A stretch of 62,157 bases of DNA from Macrostomum lignano (lineage: Eukaryota): positions 1 to 62,157 of the forward strand of contig NIVC01001115.1 of the NCBI GenBank assembly GCA_002269645.1, in the 5' to 3' direction. Made by a program: the position numbers and the translations under genes. Below the pieces are notes generated by a model. That model was not told the DNA's origin, ran no database searches, and was given only the letters and a program-made list of their open reading frames with translations. Of this stretch, positions 36,791-48,291 are shown in pieces. Position 1 is the stretch's first letter, and every line of letters begins with the position of its first letter.

Positions 36791-37084
36791 CATTGCACTT
36801 TATTTGAGCAGTTTGTCTGTTGTCTTTGAGAAGGCTTTATCTGGCTGTCTTTTTGTTGCCTGTAGAGAGCAGAGATTCTATCCAGATGTCCCCCAACGGG
36901 GGGCGAAGATTGCTAGTATTGTGCTAATTTCAACAGTAACTTGATTCTATTCATTTTTTATTTAAAATCTTTTGTTCAAATGGGTTCTTTTTACAAACAT
37001 TGCGTTAGCCAGCTTTAAGATTCGTTTGAATTATAGCCAGTGCCGTACACACAATTTTATAAGTTTGAGTACCATTTATGCCTA

Positions 37085-37360
37085 TTGAGTTCCAAGGTTA
37101 TCGATTCGTTTCAAGGCCGTCTATTGAGTTCCAAGATCGTCAATTGAGCTCCAAGGTCGTTTCAAGGTCGTCAATTGAGTTCCAAGGCCGTTTCAAGGTC
37201 ATCAATTGAGTTCCAAGGCTGTTTCAAGGTCGTCAAATGAGCTCCAAGGTCGTTTCAAGGCCGTCTATATTTTCAAGGTCGTCATTTGAGTTCAAAGGTC
37301 GTTAATGAAGTCCCAGTTTCGTCAATTGAGTTCCTAGGTCGTTGATTGAGTTCTTGTGTA
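37085..37360 (+). repeat. Degenerate about 31-bp repeat (GAGTTCCAAGGTCGTTTCAAGGTCGTCAATT)
   Basis: Recurrent TTCAAGG/TCCAAGG and GTCAATTGAG motifs. Confidence 0.8.
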
Positions 37361-37728
37361 GCTAATTTAAGTTCCAGTGTCGACACACCCAGTAACCCAG
37401 TAAGGGATTAATTTGAGCTTTTCTAAACTAAAAGCAGCGTACAAAAATAGACATCTGATTACGAGAGTAAGGGAAAATACAAACACTAGTAGTAATAATT
37501 AATGATTTATGCAAAATGGTTCAGCTGTCTACTTGCAGTAGTAGCCGGAAAACACAAGCAATTTGTCCGCAAATATAAAAACCGGCATCGATTTGCAGAG
37601 TTCACTATTTAATAAATATTATGCAAAAATACACTATTCGCTCTACTCTACTTCCAGTAGACAAATAAAAATCCTAAAACATGCTGAAATGATTAGCGTG
37701 CTATGCATCGCATCTGTTTATGTAACTG

Positions 37729-40459
37729 TCAGGAGATTAAACACTTTTTGCCGCCACCTGACGAATCCATTTTGTCCTTCGTTGTTGCCGAATTGCAGCC
37801 TGCCTGGTCTGCTGTCGGGTTCTCGGTGAATGTGCGAATCGCTGTGGTGAATACGGTCTCCAGGGTGTCCTTGAATGCCAAGGGTTGGGTTGGGGAATGC
37901 CAAGAGAGCATGTCGCTAAGGGAGAGCGTGGCACCAAATGAAAGACATGGCGCTAAATGAGAGACAGCATGGCGCCAAATTAGAAACAGCATGGCGCTAA
38001 ATGAGACAGCATGGCGCTAAAGAAGAGACATAAAATGAGTCATAGAAGGGGAACAAGGTGAAATCTCACTCCCATTTACCTTATCCATACTTGAGCACTC
38101 CAGGTACTGATAAGCTCGAATCTTCTTAGCCAACTTGGCTCCCATCTTGCTGCTAATCTCTGTTTCGCTGATTCGCTTAGCAGAATTTCGGCTACCGACC
38201 TCTTCGTCAACTACCGCCGACAGCTTCGCGCTGGCGTCCTGTGGCTGCTTTCGCAGGTCGGTCTTTGTTCCAACTAAGAGCAGAGCAGCGTCTGGGCACG
38301 TGCGCGCCATGAACGGCAGCCAGTGCGACTCCACGCTGTTGTAGGACTCCTTGTCCACCACGGAGAAGCAGACTAGCAGGCAGTCGGCGCCGGTGCAGTC
38401 GTAGGCGCGCAGCTCTTCGGCTTCTGGCGCCCCGCGCGTGTCCTTGATTGTCAGGGTGATGCAGGTGCCGCTGTCCCCGCTGGGAACGATGAACGGTCTG
38501 TCAAGGAGCGGCGGCGGTACGTGTTATGAATTTCTCGAGTTGGATCATCAGGCAGGGCCTCCGCCAGCCTCCCAGATCCTCGTTGAGCCACACCCAGATC
38601 TTCGTTGCCGGTATTTATACTACTGATCTCCGGGTCTTCCACTCTCCCCCGGAGATTGGGAAGTGCTTTGGAAACTTTGCTCGGAGATCCGAAAAAAGGA
38701 ATTCCTGAGATGCTTTTGCGATCTGAACTCGGCGCGCGATCTCCTGGGGGTGGGGTGGGAGGTTCTAAGCTGCGCTGCTCTCTCAGGCCCGTTTCCAGAA
38801 TTCTAAGTGAAACCGAAATATTCATTTCAGAAACAGATTCGCTGTAGTAAATCGGGCTACTGATCTCCTGGAGTAATTTCTGATGAGCTGTACAAAAGGT
38901 GCAGGATGGTGAAAAGACCAGTTTTCTACGTTCAATGATAAATTTTAGGAAGCACGAGAAAAAACCATCCTCCGATTATTTTCTGCATGATTTGGCCAGT
39001 TTCTAGTTTTAGTAGTCCCTGGGTTGTCACTGCAGTAAATTCAAATAAACTTAAAGATCTCTGAATTTCTAAGAATCTCTTGACAAGAAGAGGCTCGCTT
39101 GTTGACTACTTCGCGATCCTTGAGCACGATGAAATGACAGTCTTTGCGATTGGCGTCAGCTTTAAATTAGCTTTTTCACCTGACTAAGAGTTTTTGGGAT
39201 GCTGATGCATTGCGGAGTTAACACGTATGCAAAATCTTGCGTCAGAGATTAACCCCACATGGCACTTTGGGCAGGTCCTATTCTCGTAGGGGATCATTGG
39301 TCTCGCAGTCATCATTGTTTCGCACGCTAGTTAATGCTTTGATAATCTAAACTGTGACGGGTGCACTTTAATTCTGGATTGAATATGAACATGCGTAGCC
39401 TATTGGCTTGCTTGCACAATGTTACAATGCACATTGCATTAACCATCGGGGAGATCGATAACCAGCGGAGATTGCAAGGCAAAACATTTCTGGTGCTCTG
39501 AGTTTTATGTTTTTTTCTTTGTTCTACGGATGGAGAACGAATAACGAAGCATTGGGGAGCCAATAAAGAAAATGGAACAAATATTCTTGAATAAACTACA
39601 TGTAGCTTCTGACTTCTCAGCCTTGACAACTCAGCAATTCCTTCCTGTAAGCCTTGACATCTCAGCAATTCCCCCCGTAAGCCTTGACATCTCAGCAATT
39701 CCCCCGAAAGCCTTGACATCTCAGCAATTCCCCCCGAAAGCCTTGACATCTCAGCAATTCCTTCCTGTAAGCCTTGACATCTCAGCAATTCCCCCCGTAA
39801 GCCTTGACATCTCAGCAATTCCCCCCGAAAGCCTTGACATCTCAGCAATTCCTTCCTGTAAGCCTTGACATCTCAGCAATTCCCCCCGTAAGCCTTGACA
39901 TCTCAGCAATTCCCCCCGAAAGCCTTGAAATCTCAGCAATTCCCCCCGAAAGCCTTGAAATCTCAGCAATTCCCCCCGAAAGCCTTGACATCTCAGCAAT
40001 TCCTTCCTGTAAGCCTTGACATCTCAGCAATTCCCCCCGTAAGCCTTGACATCTCATCAATTCCCCCCGAAAGCCTTGACATCTCAGCAATTCCTTCCTG
40101 TAAGCCTTGACATCTCAGCAATTCCCCCCGAAAGCCTTGACATCTCAGAAATTCCTTCCTGTAAGCCCTGACATCTCAGCAATTCCCCCCGTAAGCCTTG
40201 ACATCTCAGCAATTCTCCCAATCAGATGCTCAAGCCTTGGAACGCACCTGTTAGGCACATAGATGCCCGGAATGAAGCCTCTGTTCGGCTGCCAGCCTTC
40301 CACGCAGTAGGCCATCAGCATGGACGTCTTGCCAACGCCCGCGTCGCCCACAGCGCAGCATTTGAAGTTCATAAAAGACGACGAGGTGCGGCTGTTCCGC
40401 GTAGACGTCGACGAAGCCTCCAGATTGGCGCCGCCGCCGCCGCCACTGTAGCGAAGCAT
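37729..40459 (-). CDS. Atypical Rho-family small GTPase; exons about 40459-40248, 38487-38080, 37869-37729
   Basis: KCCAVGDAGVGKT (G1), DTRG (G3), LVGTKTDLR (G4), a Rho-insert-like helix, YLECSS (G5) and a C-terminal CAAX (KKCLIS*). GT-AG junctions are in frame. The exon 2 acceptor is uncertain. Confidence 0.85.
39605..40225 (+). repeat. Intronic minisatellite, about 30-bp unit AGCCTTGACATCTCAGCAATTCCCCCCGTA
   Basis: Direct tandem array in intron 1 of the Rho-like gene. Confidence 0.95.
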
Positions 40460-41079
40460 CTCAATGAAATCTTACACGAGGCTTACGGAGCGCAAGAATT
40501 TGTTGTTTTTTGGTCTCGTTCTCAGTTTCCTGTTGCGTTTCGCTTGCGAAATTTAGATGGACTGGAGTGAGGCGGAGCCGCACCTGCCCCGGTGCAGTGG
40601 TTTGGTAAAACTGTTTAGGCTGTGAAGTATTTTCTATTTTCAAATGCGCCTTTAAACGAAGAATCTCATTGATGTATTGTGCATTTTCCTTCTCTTTTCT
40701 CTCTTTCCAAGTCTACGAGTTTCGTGCCTGCGCCTTTCTATTTGCATCTAATCTCGATAGTCTGTCTTCCTCTCTCTGCCCCTGCGCCTGTCTTTACGGG
40801 TGGCAAAAACACGTTGAGCAAAAAAAATTTACTCATGCGTGTGCTGTAGCTATTTATAGCACTGGATTGACTGCACCGCTCCGCAGAACGTATTTGACAG
40901 GGCCTGCTTTTTGCAGTGAACAAACTTTTAACAAAAATATTTTCCAATTGCTCACTCAGTTCGACGAGATAAGATTGGAAGAACTAGAACTGACTGTATG
41001 TAAGGCTGTTTGGCTAAGTTTTCACTATTGGTCAATTCTTAAGACTTTTCTGGTGTTCCAGTCAGACTACTGCGACACA

Positions 41080-42807
41080 ATGGCATTCCAATATGACAGC
41101 AGTAGCAGAGGCGGCCTGTTGACCTACTTGGCGTGGACCTCTGCATCGTCCATTGGCATCTACTGGCTGTTAGCAATATTGTTCGGCATAGCGGACCTGT
41201 TCCAGGTGCCCAGGTGGTTGGCTCAGTTCAAAGTTCAACCTGGCCAGAATGCCCCAGTAAGCAAAACCTCTGAGTACGCTATTCTCTCAAAATTCGCTAA
41301 TTTGCCTTTTTTCACAGCGCTGGCTGGGCGGACCAGTTCTGACCTGTCCCAGGCCTGTGTGGCCACTTCAAGAGTTTTGCAAACGGCGGCTGGGGGGGGG
41401 GCAAGGGCTGCTGCATTTGTGTCACAATTCCCGAGCGCTTCTAACACGAAAGGGCCACGAAAAGCGTGTGTACAGAGACTACTTTCAGATTTAGTAGTAT
41501 TCGATCAGTTGGTATTCGCCTGCAGCACTTGCTGTGGTGAATCTGGGATGACCTACTGAGTTCTATAATATGTTCTAAAGCAATTTGCAACGCAAATGCA
41601 CCCACAGACCACCCAGCAGCTGGGCGAATGCACCCCACCAATGCAAATGCCAACCTAACAGCTTCCTCCATTGTATCGCCGTCTAGCTGAATAACTTTAC
41701 CGATTGTCACATTTAGCGATTTCCTGTACTTGTACTATATAGTAGGACGTTGAAATAAAAGATTTTGTTATATTTTTGGAGCCGAATTTCTTGGCAAAAA
41801 GATACACTTTTTATATAGTTGTGTAGTGAAAGTTAAGTGAGAAGGCTCTAAGTTGAATGCTGTGTATGTATGTGCGAACTATTGTGATTTAAAAAATTGA
41901 AATGAAACTATGCCTACAATAATGGCTTAAGTTTACCTGCACGCAACATTTCTATTACAAATATATCTATTTCAAGAAGGAATTAAAAAAATTAGGCTAA
42001 TGCCACTTGTGAGTAGTTGCATCTTTCATATGAAACTGAAACTTTCACTGCACAACTATATACTTCAAAGTAAAATATAACAAAATAACATGTTGATTTT
42101 TTCGAAGAAATCAGCCTTTAAAATTGCACGATCGTTGAGTTTTACGAGCGTACGTCCTGTTATATGCTACAGAGGTCCTTGGTGACCACATACAAGCTGT
42201 TGTTTCTCTATTTCAGGTAGACAAGAGTCGCCTACTAAAAGCAATGTCCTACGCACTTGGCAACCAGCTGTTCCTGGGCCTGCCCGTCTCTGCCCTGCTG
42301 TACCAGCTGAAGCCGCTATCCACTGAGCAGCTGTTCGCGGCGCCCAGCTTGATTCGGCTGCCCCTTGAGCTGGCCGGCTGTTCGGCAGTCACCGAAGTTC
42401 TGTTCTACTATTGCCACCGCTGGCTCCACTCGCCCAGCCTGTACAAGCGGGTGCACAAGCTGCACCACGAGTGGCAGGCGCCCGTAGCCGCCGTTGCCAT
42501 GTACGCCCACCCTGTCGAGTTTCTGCTATCGAACCTGCTGCCCGTTCTGGCCGGTCCTCTGCTGCTCAACTGTTGCCTAGCAACCGAGTGCGTCTGGCTT
42601 TCCATCAGTGTAGCCACCACTGTGATCCACCATTCCGGCTATCGGCTGCCGCTGCTGCCGTCGCCAGACTTTCACGACTATCATCATCTGAAGTTTGTCG
42701 GCAATTACGGCGTGCTGGGCGTGCTGGACCGCCTGCACGGCACCGACTCCGCGTTCAGGACTTATTTGGCGAAAGGGCGGGTTGACACTCAGTCTGCGGG
42801 CCCCTAG
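41080..42807 (+). CDS. FAXDC2: Fatty-acid hydroxylase/sterol desaturase family protein, FAXDC2-like; exons about 41080-41256 and 42217-42807 (start uncertain)
   Basis: His boxes [21 protein letters not shown] and [16 protein letters not shown]|VDK junction is a phase-0 GT-AG intron. Confidence 0.8.
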
Positions 42808-42932
42808 TTGCCCTCTCGGGTTCTATTTTGAGATTCGATCCCCATCGCAGATTGGTCTCTGCTCAAAATTTGGTTGATATTTTATTAATAGGGAATTTTT
42901 CTGGGTGTGATTTCCTCTAAATAATGATTAGC

Positions 42933-43141
42933 ATCGTCTCACAACCAGCACTGGTGGCAATTCTGCTCATTCCGCCGGCTCCTGAGCACAGACAAGTGCT
43001 CCAATACTGTACTCATACACACGCTCACACAGGGTGAACAGCGGCCCTGACTTTCTAATCGTCAGGCCCTCATGGTTGTGAATCTTACAAAAACCCCTTT
43101 AAGCCATCGAAGCAGGGGTTGTCAGAGTCAGATGCGTTTAA
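42933..43141 (-). mobile_element. Diverged SINE copy (same lineage as 53160-53383 and 56070-56426)
   Basis: Shares CATTCCGCC..CTGAGC..CACACAGG..AGCGGCCCTRAC..ATCGTYAGG with the 56.2-kb copy, and GTTAAACGC..ACTCT..CACCCC and GATTCACA..ATGAGGG with the 53.2-kb copy. Confidence 0.55.
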
Positions 43142-43650
43142 CCCCCCCCCAGGTATTCTCATTTTCACCTACGAGTATTTGTCTCTCTGTTTTAGATTCA
43201 AGGTTTATTTTGGTTTCCATCTGGCATCTGCGTCCAGAATTCAGTTGAAAATACTTGTTGCTGAGTAGCTGCGTAATTTCTATATTAATACAAAAGTACG
43301 AATAACTTTAGCCAATGCCAATACAACTGATGGTTTTGAGACGCAAAGAATACTTGTAATTGCAACGGTAATACAGTATCATCCAGAAAACAAAACACTT
43401 GTTTATAATTTTATGCGAAATCTTTCACTTTGTATATCACCGAACGAATTTTCGACAAAAATCAAATAGCTACTGCATAAATCTGTTCGCTAAACTTTGC
43501 TTTGTTTAAAAATTTGTCAAAAAATCTGTTAACCAGCTTCCGGTCCCGTTGGTTTGCGCGTCAGAAATTCAATGCATTTAGTAGGGCCTCGATTGAAGAT
43601 GCTTAACTATTTCGGATCAACCTTATAAAGCATTCCATTCGTTTTATCTA

Positions 43651-46014
43651 ATGATCAAAATGGTGCTGTCAAAGATGGCGCTGCCTCGCTTATTGTTGCT
43701 CTTTGCCTTGCTCGGTACGACTGGCGTCTCAGCCGATTTGGCGAAAAATTTCACCACGACTGCCCTCGCCGATGACACCCAGCCAGCCGCCTGCCAGACG
43801 CCTGCATGCCTGTCCTTGGCCGCCCAACTCACCCGCCACATGAACCTGTCTGCCGATCCCTGCGAAGACTTCAACGCCTTCGCCTGCGGCAACTACGCTG
43901 CCAGCAGCCTGTACGACCCCGGCACCGTGACTTGGTCTGAGTACACCGACGAGCCCAGCGCCATGCACTCTGGGGTCGAGTCAATCCGCAGCCAGATGGA
44001 CAGGCGCGTGTTCGAGCTGCTGTACGCTCGCCAACGAGTGAACAGCTCCGACCCGGACGTGAATCTGATGTACGATTTGGCCAGGGACCTGTTCAGCAGC
44101 TGCAGCATCTGGGTCAGGCGGCGCGGCAAACTCTTCAAAGATCCCAACAGCGGTCGCGAAGCGTCGAAGGACTTCTTCGACGGCCTGTTGGCTCACCTTT
44201 TCGACGATATCAATCGCCAAGAGAGCAATGCCTCGTTTGAAACAGCGCTGGCCAAAATGGTTCGGCTGGGTGTGTGGCAACTGATCGAGGTGGGTTCCGC
44301 GTTCAGCTCGCCCTATTTCAACCCCGGTGGTTCGAGCAGAGCCACCGAGCGCAACGGCAGCAAAGTTCGTCTAACCGTAAACTTGTACCGCTACTCAGAG
44401 GATGTCAGCTTCAATGACTACTTAAAATTCTTCTGGACAGTGCCATCGGCGTCTGTGCTGAGTTTTCAGAGTGCTCAGATATTTTCAAGCATTTTGGACG
44501 AGCTGAAGGCCAATTTTACTCTCGAGGAGGACGTGCCGGAAGAGGAAATCAAGCACAGATGGGCCAATTGCAGTGTCGCTGAGGAAATTCTGGAAAATGG
44601 TGGCATGGATGTGACTGTAAGCCAGTTGGACGGCTTAAGCAAGTGCGCTTCTCCCAAAGATCCCTTCTCGTGGTCGTCATTTTTTGACGGCGTCCTTGAC
44701 GGTAGTGTCTCTCCCGAGACGCCAATCCAAATCAGAGCCGGTCGGATGAGCGTCCTCGCCTACGCTGGCAACGTCATTGACACGGTGACTTACTTCAAGA
44801 CGCGAACATTCATAGTTGATAGTCAATATTCTCCGCATTTTTCATTTCTGATACTGAACTGGTTGCTTAGCTTTGCTAAGTATTTACCGGCTGACTTGCG
44901 AGTCAAGTGGTTGAGCCAGCACAGAGCATCCTCCGATGTGATGGAACTAAATGAAGACCCGATTAGCTCGTGCATGCAGCTGACAAAGGTTGTGCTCGGA
45001 CCGGTGATCGAGCGGATGTATCAGCAGGCCTACCATTCTGAGTATTTCGACGACGTACGCAGTCTTGTTGAATTGGTTCAGAACGCCACAATCGAAAATG
45101 TACTCAAGCAGGAATGGATCACACAGAACGCCAAGGACTCAATTGTTGACAAGGTGCTGGCGATGCGTCAGGAGATTGGATTCAATGCGGTACCAGCTGA
45201 TCAAATAAAGGAATTTTACTCGTCAACCATTCGATCGCTTCGGGTGAGCAACAATTCCAAAACCTTCGGTGCCACAGTTGCGCTATCGCTGTGCGCCCAC
45301 GCTGGGAGGCTCAATAATCTGCTGTCGCGCGGTGGTGACAATTCGGCAAGCTTCTTTCGCTTGTTCAGCGGTCTCATAGTCAATGCGTTCAGCCGAGCTA
45401 CCAGCAACCAGATCATCTTCCCGATGGGCATTCTGGCTCCGTTTCTCTATCACCGCAGCTATCCTGACCACTTCAACCTGGGCGGCATTGGCGTAGTGAT
45501 CGGCCACGAGATCGGGCACGGCTTTGACAAGCTCGGCCACAGGCTGAATAAGCAGGGCGCGCGTGGCCACTTCTGGGACAATGTCACGGAAGCTGGTTAC
45601 GTTGAGCGAATGCGCTGCGTTTCTGAACGCTACAGCGGCTACGAATTCCTGCCAGGCATACCGCACAACTCGAAGCTAACTCTCAGCAACGACATCTCTG
45701 ACCTGATGGGCATTCAGTCTGCGTTTGCCGCCATGCAGATGCGGAGGCGCTTGAACGGCGACCGAACCTCGCTGCGGCTTCCGAACCTGCCAGTCAGCCT
45801 CACTCCGGATCGGTTGTTCTTCGTCCAAGCTGCTCAGGCCTACTGCACCAAGGCCGAGCCAGAGGTGCTCCTCCGGAAGTTCAGGACCTCTAGGCACAGT
45901 CCACCGCACATCCGGATCCGAGGCATGATGGAGAACAGCCTCGACTTTGCCAGAGTCTTCCAGTGCCAACCGAACCAGCCAATGAATCCAAGCAAGAAGT
46001 GCGTATTCTGGTAG
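43651..46014 (+). CDS. Intronless M13/neprilysin-like metallopeptidase with signal peptide
   Basis: 787-aa ORF. CxxPACxxLA..DPCEDFNAFACG N-terminus, VNAF, GHEIGHGFD (HExxH, 45505-45519), HSPPHIR, and a KKCVFW end. TATAAA at about 43623 and AATAAA at about 46073. Confidence 0.93.
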   Translation: MIKMVLSKMALPRLLLLFALLGTTGVSADLAKNFTTTALADDTQPAACQTPACLSLAAQLTRHMNLSADPCEDFNAFACGNYAASSLYDPGTVTWSEYTDEPSAMHSGVESIRSQMDRRVFELLYARQRVNSSDPDVNLMYDLARDLFSSCSIWVRRRGKLFKDPNSGREASKDFFDGLLAHLFDDINRQESNASFETALAKMVRLGVWQLIEVGSAFSSPYFNPGGSSRATERNGSKVRLTVNLYRYSEDVSFNDYLKFFWTVPSASVLSFQSAQIFSSILDELKANFTLEEDVPEEEIKHRWANCSVAEEILENGGMDVTVSQLDGLSKCASPKDPFSWSSFFDGVLDGSVSPETPIQIRAGRMSVLAYAGNVIDTVTYFKTRTFIVDSQYSPHFSFLILNWLLSFAKYLPADLRVKWLSQHRASSDVMELNEDPISSCMQLTKVVLGPVIERMYQQAYHSEYFDDVRSLVELVQNATIENVLKQEWITQNAKDSIVDKVLAMRQEIGFNAVPADQIKEFYSSTIRSLRVSNNSKTFGATVALSLCAHAGRLNNLLSRGGDNSASFFRLFSGLIVNAFSRATSNQIIFPMGILAPFLYHRSYPDHFNLGGIGVVIGHEIGHGFDKLGHRLNKQGARGHFWDNVTEAGYVERMRCVSERYSGYEFLPGIPHNSKLTLSNDISDLMGIQSAFAAMQMRRRLNGDRTSLRLPNLPVSLTPDRLFFVQAAQAYCTKAEPEVLLRKFRTSRHSPPHIRIRGMMENSLDFARVFQCQPNQPMNPSKKCVFW

Positions 46015-46959
46015 CGACCTTCTTCTCACGGAAACGTGCTTAGATCAATAATTATTTCGGTTTAACTGCTACAATAAAAAGCAATAGTGCGTCTTTTATT
46101 GCAATAATTATATGAAGTTATTTACACGTTGCTCTAGGCTAGGCAAAAAATCCCTTTAATCAGAGATAACGCCTGTGAAAACACAAGCAAATTTTTTGTC
46201 AAGATCTCATATTATAGGTAGAAAAGTTGCAGCGCAAAGTTGGCATAGCAGTATGTATGGAACGTCAAGCATGCGAAACTCGACAGAAACCAGCTCTTAC
46301 AGTTCTTATCAATATTTTTGCAAGGATCTGGCGTTGCAAATGTTTTGTCTAAAATACGAAATCTAAACCAATACCAATAAAATACAATACATTGGTATAG
46401 CTACTGACTCAAAAGCTGCTGAATCCAGTGTCTTTGTAAACTTGGTTTGCGTTTATATGCATTAAATTTAGCTAATTTTATTACCACAGTGTGGAATAAT
46501 GGAATAATGATAGGAAAAACAAAGTGACGAGCGTAAGCGGTGATTTCTTTTAGAATTAAAACTCCGTGCAATACATCAAAAACAAACGGATTTCATTTTA
46601 CGAGCGTACAATGTCAATTTTTTATTCGATTAAAATTTCATCCCATAACACGAAATTTAACTGAAATCGTTTAGAAAACACTTTGAGTAGACAACAGAGA
46701 ATGTTTGTCAGATTTTTAATTTAAAATTTACAGGCGAAGAAAATTTTTCTGTTTCTTCGTCGAAAAACTTCACGTTTGTACTGATTAAAATAAAGCCGAA
46801 TTAGAAACTGATTAAGGAGATTAACTTCAAAGAAAATTATTCAAAATGAAAAGCAAGACCAATTTAAAAATTTGGAAACAAGTTACAAAAAATGATGGCT
46901 AATTCGTGCTCTTGCCGTTTAAAGTGAGTGGCAGCTAGATGAAGGTCTCAAATTTTTTT

Positions 46960-48291
46960 CTACTTGTTAAATCCGGAATTTGTCTGCCCGCCACTGCCGC
47001 TAGCCGTCACTGCAGCATCGTAGCTCGGAGGCGCGGCAGTGTACTGCGGGTACTGCGAATACTGCGGGGCCTGTGGGTACTGCGGCTGCGTCGGGTACGG
47101 CTGAGACACCGCCGGGTACTGCGGCGCAGCGGGGTAGCTGCCGGCAGGCGGCGGGACCGTCACCTGACCGGAGCTGACCACGACGGAGCTGGCGCCCTGG
47201 GCCCGTCGGCGCGCCCGACTGCGCATGCCAGAGTAAATGCCGACCACGATGAGGCCGAACAAGAACAGGCCGCCGCCGACTAACGCGTAGACCCAAATGT
47301 TACTGCTGGTTGAATAGTAAGGAGTGTAGGTGTTTGGCATGGCGTAAAACGTACTCGTGCCGCCAGGAGGTGCGGAGCAGGCGAATTTGTTTCGATCGCT
47401 GCAGTTATCCATAAAAATTGCGTAATACGAGCTTTTGTCGTTGAAAGTCCCACAGCGTTCCCACGATAGGCAGCTGGACGAAGAGCCACCTGAGTAGCAG
47501 CTGATCTCCGACGTCCTAAAGCACGGGTGGTTCTGGAGTCAAACGCACGAGAAATAGTATGCAAATGTAAGACAAAAGGAAAAGGGATCTAGACATTAGC
47601 AGAATTGTCGCCTTCCACTCAGCCAGTAGTGCGAGAATCGAGCTGAGCGGTCGGTCAGTCCGATCCAGGTGTAGTAGCGCCTCAGGCTGGTCGGCAGCAT
47701 CCGCATGAACGAGCCAATGTTGCTTTGGTACGTAACCGGAACATGTAGGAGATTCGAACGCATGCTGTTGCAAGCTCGCTGAGCGTCAAGGTAGTTCCGG
47801 CTGCTTTCGATGCTGTCAGTACCGTAGCAGGTGCCGCTGATGTATGTCCAGCCGGGAATGCAGCCGTTGAGGTCCATTGCTCGAACTCGGACTGTGACGC
47901 CCTCGCTGTTCGACTGGTCTCCGGTCGCATCGAAGCGGACCTTCAGCGACTTCGACGGCGTCAAGATGTTGTGTTGGTAGTCCGGGATGCTGGAGCCGCT
48001 AAACAGCACCTCATCACCGGAGCTGATGGTGAACACTGCCGAGCTGACCTTGAACGACTTGAATTCGACGAAGAATGCTCGGTTGGGCGACTCCGCGTTG
48101 AACTCGCAGCTCAGGTCGGAGGAGTAGCCGGCTTCGTTCTGGCGTCTCGTGGTCAGGTAGAAGTCCGTCAGTGACGCGCTGACGGTAGTAGGCGAGTCCG
48201 GGCTGCAGTAGAACTGCTGCTGGGCCGTGGCCGCCGCAACGAGGCAGGCCAGAAGGACAAGCAGTCTGTGCAAGCCGACTCTGTGTTTCAT
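46960..48291 (-). CDS. CUB + C-type lectin + TM + PY-rich tail protein, copy A (splice donor GT mutated to CT)
   Basis: Signal LLVLLACLVAAATA, CUB-like YSSDLSCEF..FVEFKSFKV, CTL CIPGWTY..DAQRAC..WIGL. Exon 2 47515-46960 has a TM (IWVYALVGGGLFLFGLIVVGIY) and a YPQ/PPSY tail. Donor at 47599-47598 reads CT. Confidence 0.75.

Larger units (their letters stand above)
32430..36916 (+). mobile_element. Probable non-autonomous Helitron (Lep1/DINE-like) carrying internal satellites
   Basis: 5' TCCTATATACTAAAAATGAG, a short TATG microsatellite, then AACCGATTTTCTTCAAACTTG, typical of such 5' ends. 3' hairpin CCCCC-AAC-GGGGGG (36890-36903), 9 nt, then CTAG|T (36913-36917). The 5' flank is T rather than the canonical A. 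Confidence 0.5.

Noticed and set aside
38878-38925. Hammerhead-like CTGATGA followed by a 6-bp stem; also CTGACGA..GAAA at about 48450
   Set aside because: The first lacks C-GAAA after stem II, the second has no stem II pairing, and no stems I/III were found.
40669-41559. 296-aa ORF as a single gene
   Set aside because: Only the middle part matches the desaturase family. It reads through the GTAAGC donor at 41257 into intron sequence.
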